From contig JBFHGS010000003.1 of NCBI GenBank assembly GCA_041582995.1, forward strand, positions 1,318-65,317: a DNA stretch of 64,000 nucleotides, written 5' to 3'. The DNA is from Desulfopila sp. Lineage in GTDB: Bacteria; Desulfobacterota; Desulfobulbia; Desulfobulbales; Desulfocapsaceae. Both the position numbers and the translations under genes were made by a program. The notes below the pieces were generated by a model. That model had not been told where the DNA came from. It did no database searches and was given only the letters and a program-made list of their open reading frames with translations. Positions 1 through 10,171 of this stretch are shown here, one piece after another. The number at the start of each line of letters is the position of its first letter. Positions within the stretch are counted from its first letter, which is position 1.

Positions 1-547
1 GATTACTGTTTGCCAGCATCTCAGCTACCGCACCTGATAAACCGAGTATCACTGCAGCCTTTATTCTACCGGAAACTATCAGGTAGAACTCAACCATTAA
101 CAGCCCGACAGCCATGCCATAGAGGGTACCCATCCACCAGATATTTGATGTCACGTTCGGATGTAAAACCATATTGAGCGGCATACGCCAGGGATTTTCA
201 ATTTCCAGGCCGATAACAGTAAAAGCTCCCAACAGAACGATAATAGACAGCCATACCATTCGATTGGCCAGCGGTAATAATCGCTGAATATGAAAGACAT
301 GACTTATAGCTGCCATGAGACATAATCCCGTAGAAATAATAGCGAAATATGCATAAACGCCAATCAACATTCCCCATGGCATTCCACGCGTGTTGGCAAA
401 TGCATGGTGATGCCCAACCAGCTGAGCATATATTCCTCCACCAACTCCCACTGCGATAAAGAGTAACATTAACAGCAGCAACCCATTGATCTTCGGCGCT
501 GCAAACTCCACATGTTCAACTCCTGCTACTGTACTATTGCCTTCCAT
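1..547 (-). CDS. NrfD/PsrC-family integral membrane quinone-interacting subunit, N-terminal part only (gene continues past window start)
   Basis: Absent from ORF track because it runs off the window. Hand translation of minus strand from ATG at 547 (GGAGG about 8 nt upstream) gives MEGNSTVAGVEHVEFAAPKINGLLLLMLLFIAVGVGGGIYAQLVGHHHAFANTRGMPWGMLIGVYAYFAIISTGLCLMAAISHVFH..., with no stop seen in the part translated carefully (about 241-547) or in a rough read of the rest. Clear paralog of the 2724..3917 protein (shared PWG.LI, STGLC, HVF and NIWWMGTLYG blocks). Confidence 0.8.
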   Translation of the reverse strand, partial: MEGNSTVAGVEHVEFAAPKINGLLLLMLLFIAVGVGGGIYAQLVGHHHAFANTRGMPWGMLIGVYAYFAIISTGLCLMAAISHVFHIQRLLPLANRMVWLSIIVLLGAFTVIGLEIENPWRMPLNMVLHPNVTSNIWWMGTLYGMAVGLLMVEFYLIVSGRIKAAVILGLSGAVAEMLANSN

Positions 548-623
548 TTCAACTACCTCCTGTTGTTCCCCTATTATCTTTCGTAAAAGAAACTTGAATT
601 TTCACTCTGCATTCTGAAATCTG

Positions 624-845
624 TCATTCGCACGATTCAGGCTCTATACAACCCCGGTCATCACCCTCTAGTGAAAAGATGGCAATCAACGCCACCGGTC
701 CGGCAAAAGGCCCAAGAATTAGAAAGAGCACAAATGAGATCAGGAACCAGAACACGTTCTGAAACGATGGGAGGGAGACATACATCTGGTGCAAACGCTC
801 AGATATTGATATCGGTAATTCCCTGTATTCAGTTGCAGTTATCAT
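624..845 (-). CDS. small (73 aa) single-TM membrane protein, hypothetical, upstream of and co-oriented with the NrfD paralog
   Basis: ORF track. ATG at 845 preceded by AAGGAGG about 7 nt upstream. Hydrophobic stretch FWFLISFVLFLILGPFAGPVALIAIF. Confidence 0.5.
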   Translation of the reverse strand: MITATEYRELPISISERLHQMYVSLPSFQNVFWFLISFVLFLILGPFAGPVALIAIFSLEGDDRGCIEPESCE

Positions 846-1371
846 ACGATGTCCTCCTTGCTATAATTAATGACCGCCTCTATTTCTGTTAATTATTAAA
901 TAGCAAGGGGCATGCCACTCAGGGCAACAGACATGAATACCGTTTCGTACTACAACATAAAAGACTGTTATAACTAGCTTTATCAAACAGAACACAAGGC
1001 CGCTGATCTGGTTAGTACAGGGTGAAAACTCTCTTGAGGGCGTGTTCTGCGCCTTCAGTACCACAAACAGCAGGCGCAATATGCGTCTTAAGGAGAAGGT
1101 TCTAAGATATCGTTTTCTTGAGAAAAGGAAGAATAATGAGGATAAGATAAGGAATATACGCCGGAGGCAGATGCTGCAGCACAAAGAGGGATTTAATTTT
1201 TAACTATTATTTCAGGTTGTTACTGAACAGTTCTAGAGAAAGGGCGCATTATGCGCCTTCGAGATGGGAATAAAGGGGAAAGACTGCTGGTAATATATTG
1301 GAAAAGTGCATACTGCAATCAGAAGGGAGATTTTACCTCTGAAACAGTATGCACAATAGATACAACACAGA

Positions 1372-1785
1372 TCAGTGGCCACTCGTATCTTTGTCACCAC
1401 CAACAAGACGTGCATGGCCCCGTACACCTATATGACAGGTGGTACATCGGGTATTGGAGGCAAATGCAGTACTACCATCATGGCAGGCACCACAATAGTT
1501 ACCGTCATACAGGGAAGCCATTGTAAAATCCTCAGCTTCTTCAGCGGCACCAGCCTCCATCTGAAACAGTTCGTCATGACAGGAGTCACAATCAAGACCC
1601 GCCTCCATGGTGTGAGTCTTATGGTTGAATTCCACTGACCTGACAGGTTTCACCCATATAATCGGAGCCAATGGCCCGTATTCGTCCTCATCGTAATCGC
1701 CATCAGCAACTTGTGCCTCTGAGGCAAACACCACGCCGGAAAGCAGGAACCCGCCCAGGACGATAAAAAGCAGAATATTCTTCAT
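1372..1785 (-). CDS. periplasmic trihaem c-type cytochrome (c3/c7-like)
   Basis: Three CxxCH motifs (CDSCH, CGACH, CTTCH). Signal peptide MKNILLFIVLGGFLLSGVVFASEA. Start moved to internal ATG at 1785, which has AAGGAGA 5-6 nt upstream. Confidence 0.85.
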   Translation of the reverse strand: MKNILLFIVLGGFLLSGVVFASEAQVADGDYDEDEYGPLAPIIWVKPVRSVEFNHKTHTMEAGLDCDSCHDELFQMEAGAAEEAEDFTMASLYDGNYCGACHDGSTAFASNTRCTTCHIGVRGHARLVGGDKDTSGH

Positions 1786-1857
1786 GTCGTTCTCCTTATG
1801 AAACTCAAAAGCCTGCCCGACCAGTACCGCATCCTTCTCCAATCGGGCTTTTTCGTC

Positions 1858-2613
1858 TTAGGCGTTTGTATAAAATATGTTTGGAATGGCACCTGTCTCA
1901 GGCCTTAATACCCAGACGATGGTCTCCGGTGCGTGCACCAGTTCGTAGACTCTGCTTTCCGGGTCGGCCAGGTTACCGAAAACACGCACATCAGCAGGAC
2001 ATGCCTCAACACATGCGGTGTCTTTCATTCCCTTAGAAAGCCGAGTATCAAGACAGAAGTTACATTTATCAACAGCTCTTGTCTCTTCCTTAAAATACCT
2101 GGCATTATATGGGCACGCCGTCATACATGTTTTACAACCGATACATCTGCTCGGATTCATGACAACTATACCCGTCTTCTTGTCTTTCCAGGTTGCTGTT
2201 GTCGGACAAACCCGGACACATGGTGGGCGATTACAGTGATTACACAACACGGGCATAAAGGTTGTTTCATATTCACCACCAGCAAGTGAGCGCCTTCTTT
2301 CCAGGATAGTTGTTCTAAACCCATAGGCGGGAACACTGTTGGTTTTCACACATGCATCCTTACAACGCTCACAATCAATACACAATCGCTCACGAATAAC
2401 CATAGTGTAATGTGGATTGTATGGGTAAGTGCCAGGCTCCGGCACAACACCTGAAGATGCATGTGCATTACCAGCGGAGGTAAGTGAAAGTACTGAACCT
2501 CCCAGGTAAACACCCGTCACTGCAAGCCCGAGTTTAAGAAATTTTCGCCTTTCAGCAGAAGTAATTGCCGAAAGGTCCTCGCTTTCGAGCTTCTCTAAAT
2601 CATCAATTTTCAT
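1858..2613 (-). CDS. Tat-exported 4x[4Fe-4S] ferredoxin-type subunit (PsrB/NrfC/HybA-like)
   Basis: Twin-arginine signal ERRKFLKLGLAV...AHA. Cys clusters CIDCERCKDAC, CNHCNRPPCVRVCP, CIGCKTCMTACP, CNFC...C..C.EACP. Start set at MKIDD (ATG 2613, GGAG upstream). Confidence 0.85.
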   Translation of the reverse strand: MKIDDLEKLESEDLSAITSAERRKFLKLGLAVTGVYLGGSVLSLTSAGNAHASSGVVPEPGTYPYNPHYTMVIRERLCIDCERCKDACVKTNSVPAYGFRTTILERRRSLAGGEYETTFMPVLCNHCNRPPCVRVCPTTATWKDKKTGIVVMNPSRCIGCKTCMTACPYNARYFKEETRAVDKCNFCLDTRLSKGMKDTACVEACPADVRVFGNLADPESRVYELVHAPETIVWVLRPETGAIPNIFYTNA

Positions 2614-2723
2614 TCTTGTGCTCCGTGATATTCCACCCTTTTGGAAAAGGTGTACCAGAAATAGAATACCTGTGTTGCGCCCACGGGTCGAAGATGGAAC
2701 GCATCTCAATGCTTCACCGCGCG

Positions 2724-3917
2724 TTAATGATCTTCTGAAAAGTGCCCGCGGAACAATTTTTCACCCATCAAAAAGAGCAGACCGCAAAATCCGATACCGC
2801 CCAGCACAACAAGATTCTCATGCAGTCTGGGAATATACGATACCAGCTCAGGATAATCAACCAAACCCATGCCATGATAATGTGGAACAAGCTGTCCTAC
2901 AATCACAAGATCATATCTCATGAAAAAAATACCTACCATCCCGGCAAATGAAGCAACAAAGAGTGCGTTCATATTCTTTCCCTTCACCGCCATAATGATG
3001 ATGAACGGGATGATCATACCAAGGCCTACTTCTCCCACCCAGAAGTTTATACTGTAATCGCCGCTGATAAGTGCCTGCATGGCAGCAAATTTTCCAGGAG
3101 CATGTCCGGTAACACCGGTTATCATTTTCCAGCTGGTGAAAAAGATGATAATCGCCATCATTAAAGCACCAACTTTTGCAACACTTTCAAGGGAGCCTTT
3201 CATTTCCTCGCTCATCTTCCAACCATTAAATTTATAGGCCAGATACGTGAAGAAAATGATAGCAACACAACCAGACATTGCTGCAGAGGTAATAAAATAA
3301 ATCGGCATATATGGACCATGCCAGAATTCACGTCCGTTCAGTAATCCGAATACTGCACCAAGATTTGAGTGAGCCACAACACCTGTCAGCAGACCTGCAA
3401 GACCAAAAGCCGTCGCAACTTTATGATTCTCTTTCTGAAGCATGACGAATTCAATCATCATAAAGAAGAGATATGCGCCATACAAGGTCCCCATCCACCA
3501 GATGTTCGAAGTTGCATTAGCACCGATAACATTGCCTACCGGCATTCGCCATGAGTTCTCAATCTCAAAGGCGATAACCAGAAAGCCCGCAACGATAGTT
3601 GCAATCGACATGAAAACAGCACGTTTGGCAATCGGATTAAAATTTTTAAATCCGAATACATGACCAATTGAAGATACAATGCAAAGGCCGGTAGATGTCA
3701 CTACAAAAAAGACATAAGCAGCGATAAGAATCCCCCACGGCACTTCACGACTTACCCCGAAGGTATGCTCATGCCCTGCATAAATTGAATGGATTCCAGC
3801 GGCTATACCAACCAATGATAACAGACCCATCAGTCCGATTGCCAGGTTGTATTTCCCGGATACCGGAACTTCCAGACCACCTTCCTGGGGAAGCACTCCT
3901 GCCAACAAATTGTTCAT
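2724..3917 (-). CDS. NrfD/PsrC-family polytopic membrane quinol-interacting subunit
   Basis: About 397 aa, highly hydrophobic multi-TM protein directly upstream of the FeS and cytochrome genes. Start set at MNNLLAG (ATG 3917) with AAGGAG upstream. Confidence 0.8.
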   Translation of the reverse strand: MNNLLAGVLPQEGGLEVPVSGKYNLAIGLMGLLSLVGIAAGIHSIYAGHEHTFGVSREVPWGILIAAYVFFVVTSTGLCIVSSIGHVFGFKNFNPIAKRAVFMSIATIVAGFLVIAFEIENSWRMPVGNVIGANATSNIWWMGTLYGAYLFFMMIEFVMLQKENHKVATAFGLAGLLTGVVAHSNLGAVFGLLNGREFWHGPYMPIYFITSAAMSGCVAIIFFTYLAYKFNGWKMSEEMKGSLESVAKVGALMMAIIIFFTSWKMITGVTGHAPGKFAAMQALISGDYSINFWVGEVGLGMIIPFIIIMAVKGKNMNALFVASFAGMVGIFFMRYDLVIVGQLVPHYHGMGLVDYPELVSYIPRLHENLVVLGGIGFCGLLFLMGEKLFRGHFSEDH

Positions 3918-4513
3918 CGTTATTTGCTCCTTGTTACTTTTCTGACTCAGCATAACTGCTTGGAAAAAGCTACATCACCCCGTCCGCATGCCCAGTATGC
4001 CCAGTACTGCACAACAAAACACACGAAAAATGGTTCGATAGCCGCCAACCTGCAGGAAATTACCTGTGCGCACTGCACAGATGTGCAATTTACCCGTCAC
4101 ATGATGTATTGAGAAAAAGGGTAAGAATTTTACCCTTCACCTTATAGGCACAATCACTCCTGATTTTCAAGACGAAATGACATCAAAGGACCTGATTTTA
4201 AAAAGAGAGCATACTACAAATGTCTATTAATACGTGGAATGTTTACGCTGTGGTAATTGACATCTGTATTTAACCAATGCCTTTTCCTGACATTAGTTAC
4301 ATCTTTATACTACTCCGTCAAGGTATTATTTTGTGCATTAGCCAAAAACCTTTAAAGATTGATTTTATCCTTTTAAAAATCATAATCTTACCTTTCAAAG
4401 ATTCCATATTAACGAATTAATACACCATACATGTAGTGTAATTTCAACACGTTGAACAACAAGCAGACTTATAGAAATAACACTATAACTGAAGGAAAGA
4501 GTACAGACAGCAC

Positions 4514-4562
4514 ACTCAGTATGACAATGTGGCAACGGATTCACCACAATGTCATACTGAGT
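4514..4562. repeat. 19-bp inverted repeat (1 mismatch) with 11-nt loop, just downstream of the zwf stop
   Basis: ACTCAGTATGACAATGTGG-caacggattca-CCACAATGTCATACTGAGT read directly. No T-tract follows on the zwf strand. Confidence 0.6.
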
Positions 4563-4611
4563 ACTATTGAATGTCAGGCACGATAGTGCACCGCATTTTC
4601 ATGGAGAATTG

Positions 4612-6072
4612 CTACCTGATGCTGGCAAGGGAGACAGGGCGTGCAGAGGTACCTTCATAAGTCCAGGCTCTGCCATCTGCCGCAAGCAGATCATCAGCAG
4701 CCTGAGGTCCGCTGGAACCAGCTTTATATCTTATCGGAGGTCTTGCAATAGAACGAAGCTTGTCAACATACTCCCAACTCGCTTCAATCCAGTCACGACG
4801 TGGGAAAAGACTGTGATCACCTTCCATAACGTTATGCAAAATAGATTCATATGCCTCCGGTGTATTGGGACCAAAATAACAATGATGACAAAAATCCATC
4901 AAAACCGAGGAGGTTTCATTCACATCTCCGGGTTTCTGCACGTTAAAGGCCATGGCAATACCTTCATCCGGCTGTATACGTATAATTATCATATTCGGCT
5001 CACCCTGACCGACAATATGTCTGCGACGCTGCTTGAAGACTATTTTGATATCCGCATAACGCTGCCGGAGACGTTTGCCCGTTCGCAGATAAAACGGAAC
5101 TCCCTGCCATCGGTCGGTATCAATATAGGTACGGATACAGGCATACGTCTCAGTCAGAGAATCTTGCGGCACTCCTTCTTCGTCAAGATATCCTGGTACC
5201 TGTTCAGAATCAATTGTACCTTCTGCATATTGGCCAAGAACAATATCCTCTCTCAGAAGCGGGCGAAGATGACGCATCACCTTGACCGCTTCATCCCGAA
5301 GCCCATCAGCTGCCCCTTCCCGTGGGGGTTCCATGGCTACAAATGAGACAAGTTGCAGCAGATGATTCTGGATCATATCACGTACAGCGCCACTCTTATC
5401 GTAATATCCTGCACGCTTTTCAACCCCAAGGGTTTCCGATACTGTTATCTGCACATGATCGATAGCCCTGTGACGCCAGGCACCTGAAAAAATTTCATTG
5501 GCAAACCTCAAGGTAAGAATATTCTGAACCAGTTCTTTCCCAAGGTAATGATCTACTCGATATATTTCTTCTTCTTTCAGGACACTGCGAATACTTTCAT
5601 TTAATTTTTTCGCGCTTTCAAGATTCTCACCAAAAGGTTTCTCAAAAACTACTCGCCTCCACCCATCTCCTGATCCGAGTGCACCGATCAGTTGTGCAGT
5701 CTGCTGAAACACAGATGTCGGGAGTGCAAGATAAATAAGGGTGTTGGCCGTGCAGCCATAACGATCTTTTACTTCCCGGATGCCGCGGGAGAATTCTTCA
5801 GGAGTACCATCTTCTGTATTGAAACGAAAATACTCAATTCTGCCGAGAAGTCTGCTCATAGCTTCAGCATCAGAATCCGGAATGAAACTTCCAACAGAAA
5901 GCAGATCAATAAAATCCTTTTGTGACAGATCTCTCCTGCCGATGCAAACGATAGGCGTGCAGGTGGTCAGCAATTTCTTTCTTTCCAGATGATAGAGAGA
6001 CGGGATCAGTTTTCTACGTGTCAGATCGCCCGTCGCACCAAAAATAAGTATCATCTGTGATTCTATTGTCAT
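4612..6072 (-). CDS. zwf: glucose-6-phosphate 1-dehydrogenase
   Basis: FGATGDLTRRKL dinucleotide-binding motif, RVDHYLGKE active-site motif, MIQNHLLQL. 486 aa. Confidence 0.95.
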   Translation of the reverse strand: MTIESQMILIFGATGDLTRRKLIPSLYHLERKKLLTTCTPIVCIGRRDLSQKDFIDLLSVGSFIPDSDAEAMSRLLGRIEYFRFNTEDGTPEEFSRGIREVKDRYGCTANTLIYLALPTSVFQQTAQLIGALGSGDGWRRVVFEKPFGENLESAKKLNESIRSVLKEEEIYRVDHYLGKELVQNILTLRFANEIFSGAWRHRAIDHVQITVSETLGVEKRAGYYDKSGAVRDMIQNHLLQLVSFVAMEPPREGAADGLRDEAVKVMRHLRPLLREDIVLGQYAEGTIDSEQVPGYLDEEGVPQDSLTETYACIRTYIDTDRWQGVPFYLRTGKRLRQRYADIKIVFKQRRRHIVGQGEPNMIIIRIQPDEGIAMAFNVQKPGDVNETSSVLMDFCHHCYFGPNTPEAYESILHNVMEGDHSLFPRRDWIEASWEYVDKLRSIARPPIRYKAGSSGPQAADDLLAADGRAWTYEGTSARPVSLASIR

Positions 6073-6752
6073 GGTGTTTCCACCTCCTGATCAGTCAACA
6101 CATAATATTGTGATAATTTCGTCATAATTTTTGCCGGACATTCCATGTGTGACAAATGAATATTGAAAAAGTTACGCAACGCATTTTTCTTTTCACTACC
6201 TAGAAAAAGGATAATTCCGCTATCCGCCTGACGAATCAGATCTAAGCTTGCGGACATTCGGCCCGGTGGCGGCTTAGGCGAATCATACATCAGGAAAAAA
6301 CCGTTCCTGGGTTCCACAACAGAATGGTGGTTAGGAAAAAGTGATGCGATATGACCGTCTTCGCCACTGCTGACCATAACAACATCCAAACAACCACCAT
6401 AACGCTGTAATTCTTCATTATAGGCCTTCACACTTAACTCAGAGGCATTCGGGTCGTAAATGAATGGATGAATCATATCGGCCGGAACAGTATCGCCCAT
6501 ATGCTGTTTCACAAGTTTATAGTTGCTATCCGGATGATCAAGCGGCACCAGCCTCTCGTCAAGCATAAACATCTGGATACGCTTCCAGGGAAGTGCAAAA
6601 TCCTTAAAACATTTCAGGATATCACCCACACTCCGTCCACCGGGAATTCCCACACTCGCGTGTTCTTTTTTTTTCAGAACAACCTGTATAGACTTATAAA
6701 GCACATATGCCGTTTTTTCGGCCAGTTGTTCACGTGAACCTTGAATTATCAT
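6069..6752 (-). CDS. pgl: 6-phosphogluconolactonase
   Basis: GIPGGRS, MFMLDERLVP, GEDGHIASLFP motifs. Stop overlaps the zwf start by 4 nt. Start set at MIIQGSREQ (ATG 6752). Confidence 0.85.
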   Translation of the reverse strand: MIIQGSREQLAEKTAYVLYKSIQVVLKKKEHASVGIPGGRSVGDILKCFKDFALPWKRIQMFMLDERLVPLDHPDSNYKLVKQHMGDTVPADMIHPFIYDPNASELSVKAYNEELQRYGGCLDVVMVSSGEDGHIASLFPNHHSVVEPRNGFFLMYDSPKPPPGRMSASLDLIRQADSGIILFLGSEKKNALRNFFNIHLSHMECPAKIMTKLSQYYVLTDQEVETP

Positions 6753-7085
6753 ATGTTCCCCTCTCTTTGAGCAATTCCACTCAATACCCGATAGTGCCTT
6801 GCAGAGTAAGTAAACGACTTCCAACATGAGAAGCTCTCAGGAATTTCAACTGTAGTCATTGTACATCTCCTTTGCTCATGTGTATAAATCAAATGTTCCC
6901 TCTTACTTTACTCTCCGGCCCATCGCCTCTTCTTTACTGCGGCAAAATTTCTTCTGCAATTTTTCTCGATGCCCATATTTTTTTTAAACGTACATCTGGA
7001 GAATTCTCGAGTAAGATACGGCGTCGTTTATTACAATCACCCTGTTCGTTTTCATAGAACGCGAAATCACCAGACTGCATGGCAC

Positions 7086-9419
7086 ATGAAAAAAAAATCA
7101 CCCACCCAGAAGAAATCACTAAAAACAATCGTGCCGGTAACACTGGCCATTTTTATTTTCCTGCTTGCAGGACTCTATTGCGTCAATTACATCTCTCAAG
7201 TAAACGATGAGATCCGGCAGAAATTCGATGGAAAACGATGGTCAGTACCGGCAGTGATTTACGCCCGTCCACTTGAACTCTATCCGGGTATGCAACTCAC
7301 ACCGGACATGTTCATTCAGGAACTTCAGCTCGCCGGATATCGACAGGAAAATCCTGTACAGAGTCCCGGTGGATATTTCCGCAAAAACTCTACTATTAAC
7401 CTTATCACACGTGATTTCTCTTTCCCTTCCGGTATTGAAAAATCCACCTCGTTACGCATCACTTTTTCGGCCAACAGTATTACCAATCTGAGTAATAATA
7501 AAACCGGAGAGGAACTCACTTTTACCAGGATCGATCCAGCCAGAATAGGTAGCTTCCATCCTCTTATACATGAAGACCGGCTGGTCTTGAAATCATCAGA
7601 AATACCTGAAATTCTTCGCCAGTGCCTGATAACTGTCGAGGATAAAAACTTTAATACCCATTATGGCGTTTCGCCAACCGGTATCCTGCGTGCGCTTTAT
7701 GCAAACATGAGAGCCGGCCGTACTGTACAGGGAGGATCGACTCTCACACAGCAGTTGGTAAAAAATTTCTTTTTGAACCGAGACCGTACACTGTCAAGAA
7801 AGATCCAGGAAGCCGTGATGGCCATCCTGCTCGAATACCATTACACCAAAGAAGATATATTTACTGCTTATCTCAATGAAGTTTTCCTCGGCCAGGACGG
7901 GGGAAGAGCTATTCACGGATTCGGTCTTGCCAGCCAATTCTATTTCCGCAGAAATATAAATGATCTTTCTGTAGCCCAAGTCGCAACTCTCGTCGGAATG
8001 GTCAAAGGACCTTCTTATTACGATCCGAGAAAGAACCCTGAAAACTGCCTTGCCCGAAGAGAAATCATTCTGCGTCTGATGCTTGATGACAATATCATCA
8101 CTCAGGAAGACTTCACTCTCGCACAGAAATCTCCACTCAGTGACGTCGTACCCCAAGGAAACGGTTTTAACCGCTTTCCTGCATTTCTTGACCTGGTACG
8201 GCGACAACTCACAGAACAGTACAAAGAGGATGATCTGAAGAGCAACGGCCTGAAAATTCTCACCACTCTTGATCCACAAATTCAGTGGAATACAGAAAAG
8301 CAAATCAAAGAGTCCACCTCAGTACTCGCAAATAAAACCGACCAGAAGCAACTCCAGGGAGCAATGATTGTTACTGGTCGGGAAAATGGAGAGGTGCAGG
8401 CAATAGTCGGCAGCGTAAATCCACTCGATGCCGGCTTTAACCGCGCCGTTGATGCCCAGCGTCAGATTGGCTCACTGGTAAAACCTGCAGTTTATCTCGC
8501 AGCGCTGGCTCGTGGGTATACCCTGGCCTCACCGATAATGGATGTGTCACTCGCCATCAACAATGATGGAAAGAGTTGGCGTCCTGAAAATTATGACAAA
8601 AAAGAGCATGGTCAGGTTGCCTTGTATGCAGCTCTGGCAAAATCATATAATCTTGCCACAGTAAGACTCGGCATGGATGTTGGTATGCAGAACGTCATTA
8701 CCACTATAAAAAGCTTGGGCTACTCTGAACAACTACAACCATACCCCTCACTTCTGCTTGGTTCAGTTACGATGTCTCCCCTGCAGATCTGCCAGATATA
8801 CCAAACCATTGCTTCCGGCGGATTTTATCTACCGCTTCGTTCAATACACAGCGTAATGGATAGTGATGATAAGGTACTCACCAGGTACGCTCTTGAAGTT
8901 GAGCAACGTTTTTCGCCCGAGCTCATATTTTTGTTAACCCATGCGCTCGAACGGGTTATGCATGAAGGCACCGGCAGCAGACTCCAATTCTCTAAAGATC
9001 GTTTCTATGCCGGCAAAACCGGAACTTCCAATGATCTTCGGGACAGCTGGTTTGCCGGTTTCAGTGATGCTCATCTTGCTGTGGTCTGGCTTGGGAGAGA
9101 CGACAACAAACCTGTATCACTCACTGGTTCAACTGGTGCGCTCAGAGTTTGGGGCAAAGTAATGGAAGCAATTAATTCAAACTCACTTGAAGCTACTGAA
9201 CCTGAAAATATAGCATGGCAGAGAATAGATACAACCACACTCCAACCAGCTACAGCCATTAATCGTAACAGCACACTCCTGCCATTTGTTTCAGGAACTG
9301 AACCTGTTACATCATGGAGCGCTCCCGAGATTGATTTACAGAAAATAGAAGACGGGGCCAAAAAAGTTGAAGATGGGGCTAAAAAAATTTTGGAATCTCT
9401 CAATAACCTCTTCAAGTAA
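7086..9419 (+). CDS. mrcB: bifunctional class A penicillin-binding protein 1B (glycosyltransferase + transpeptidase, UB2H-type insert)
   Basis: N-terminal TM. GT51 motifs EDKNFNTHYG, GGSTLTQQLVKN. TP motifs SLVKP (SxxK), KTGTSND. A segment between TM and GT (RWSVPAVIYARPLELYPGMQLTPDMFIQELQLAGYRQ) resembles the PBP1B UB2H domain. Start set at MKKKSPTQKK. Confidence 0.9.
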   Translation: MKKKSPTQKKSLKTIVPVTLAIFIFLLAGLYCVNYISQVNDEIRQKFDGKRWSVPAVIYARPLELYPGMQLTPDMFIQELQLAGYRQENPVQSPGGYFRKNSTINLITRDFSFPSGIEKSTSLRITFSANSITNLSNNKTGEELTFTRIDPARIGSFHPLIHEDRLVLKSSEIPEILRQCLITVEDKNFNTHYGVSPTGILRALYANMRAGRTVQGGSTLTQQLVKNFFLNRDRTLSRKIQEAVMAILLEYHYTKEDIFTAYLNEVFLGQDGGRAIHGFGLASQFYFRRNINDLSVAQVATLVGMVKGPSYYDPRKNPENCLARREIILRLMLDDNIITQEDFTLAQKSPLSDVVPQGNGFNRFPAFLDLVRRQLTEQYKEDDLKSNGLKILTTLDPQIQWNTEKQIKESTSVLANKTDQKQLQGAMIVTGRENGEVQAIVGSVNPLDAGFNRAVDAQRQIGSLVKPAVYLAALARGYTLASPIMDVSLAINNDGKSWRPENYDKKEHGQVALYAALAKSYNLATVRLGMDVGMQNVITTIKSLGYSEQLQPYPSLLLGSVTMSPLQICQIYQTIASGGFYLPLRSIHSVMDSDDKVLTRYALEVEQRFSPELIFLLTHALERVMHEGTGSRLQFSKDRFYAGKTGTSNDLRDSWFAGFSDAHLAVVWLGRDDNKPVSLTGSTGALRVWGKVMEAINSNSLEATEPENIAWQRIDTTTLQPATAINRNSTLLPFVSGTEPVTSWSAPEIDLQKIEDGAKKVEDGAKKILESLNNLFK

Positions 9420-9429
9420 ATTCAACACA

Positions 9430-9963
9430 ATGCAAAAAGACTCTATGAAAATCTGCACTACCGAGAAAACCGCAAACCGATACGCATCTCTGCTACCGGC
9501 ACTTCTGCTTGCTACACTTCTGCTTCATGGTTGCGCAGTAAAACGCCCTGTTCAAAGACCGGATTATCCCGCAACTCCAACGACTCCAACAACTCCAACG
9601 TATCCAACGCCCCCAGCATATCCGACACCCGCTGAAACTCCTGTCCCTCCACCAGTCAAATCGGATCAGATAAAATACACACCAAAAATTGGCCCTGCTG
9701 GTTCATTGTATCAGCAGGCGACAGCATCTATATCTGCCGGCGACTATGATAAAGCCGAACTTGCTCTGGAGCGCGCTTTACGAATTGAACCAAGAAATGG
9801 TCATTACTGGTACACAATGGCCCAGGTTAAATACGAACAAAAACAGTACTCCCAAACCATACACCTATGTTTGAAATCGAAGAGCTTTGCCGGAAAAAGT
9901 GACCAGTTAAAGCAATTAAACGACAGGCTGATTCAAGATGCCCGTCAACAGCTGAATGAGTAG
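9430..9963 (+). CDS. outer-membrane lipoprotein with Pro/Thr-rich linker and C-terminal TPR (LpoP-like candidate PBP1B activator)
   Basis: Lipobox LLLHGC. Linker PATPTTPTTPTYPTPPAYPTPAETPVPPP. TPR-like YDKAELALERALRIEPRNGHYWYTMAQV. Sits 11 nt after the mrcB stop. Confidence 0.6.
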   Translation: MQKDSMKICTTEKTANRYASLLPALLLATLLLHGCAVKRPVQRPDYPATPTTPTTPTYPTPPAYPTPAETPVPPPVKSDQIKYTPKIGPAGSLYQQATASISAGDYDKAELALERALRIEPRNGHYWYTMAQVKYEQKQYSQTIHLCLKSKSFAGKSDQLKQLNDRLIQDARQQLNE

Positions 9964-10171
9964 CATTAGTGGAGGGTTGAGCAAATAGCACTCTCCCTCA
10001 ATCATTCCTCCCATTCGTGTCCTTACGGAAATGAAGTCCTCTTAAGAAAAGCGGTTTAACCACTCTCTCTTATTATGATAAGATGAAGAGTGGTTTCACT
10101 ATTCTCTCATATTTTCACATCATAAAACCGCTGTCATTTTAGAGTTTTCCTCAAACTGCTGGAGAATAACC

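Noticed and set aside
867-1184. 105-aa minus-strand ORF between the cytochrome gene and the small membrane protein gene. Also 1233..1427.
   Set aside because: Arg/Leu/Phe/Cys-rich low-complexity translation, no SD, no motif. The 525-nt gap is treated as non-coding, with weak hairpins at about 1241..1262 and 1306..1354.
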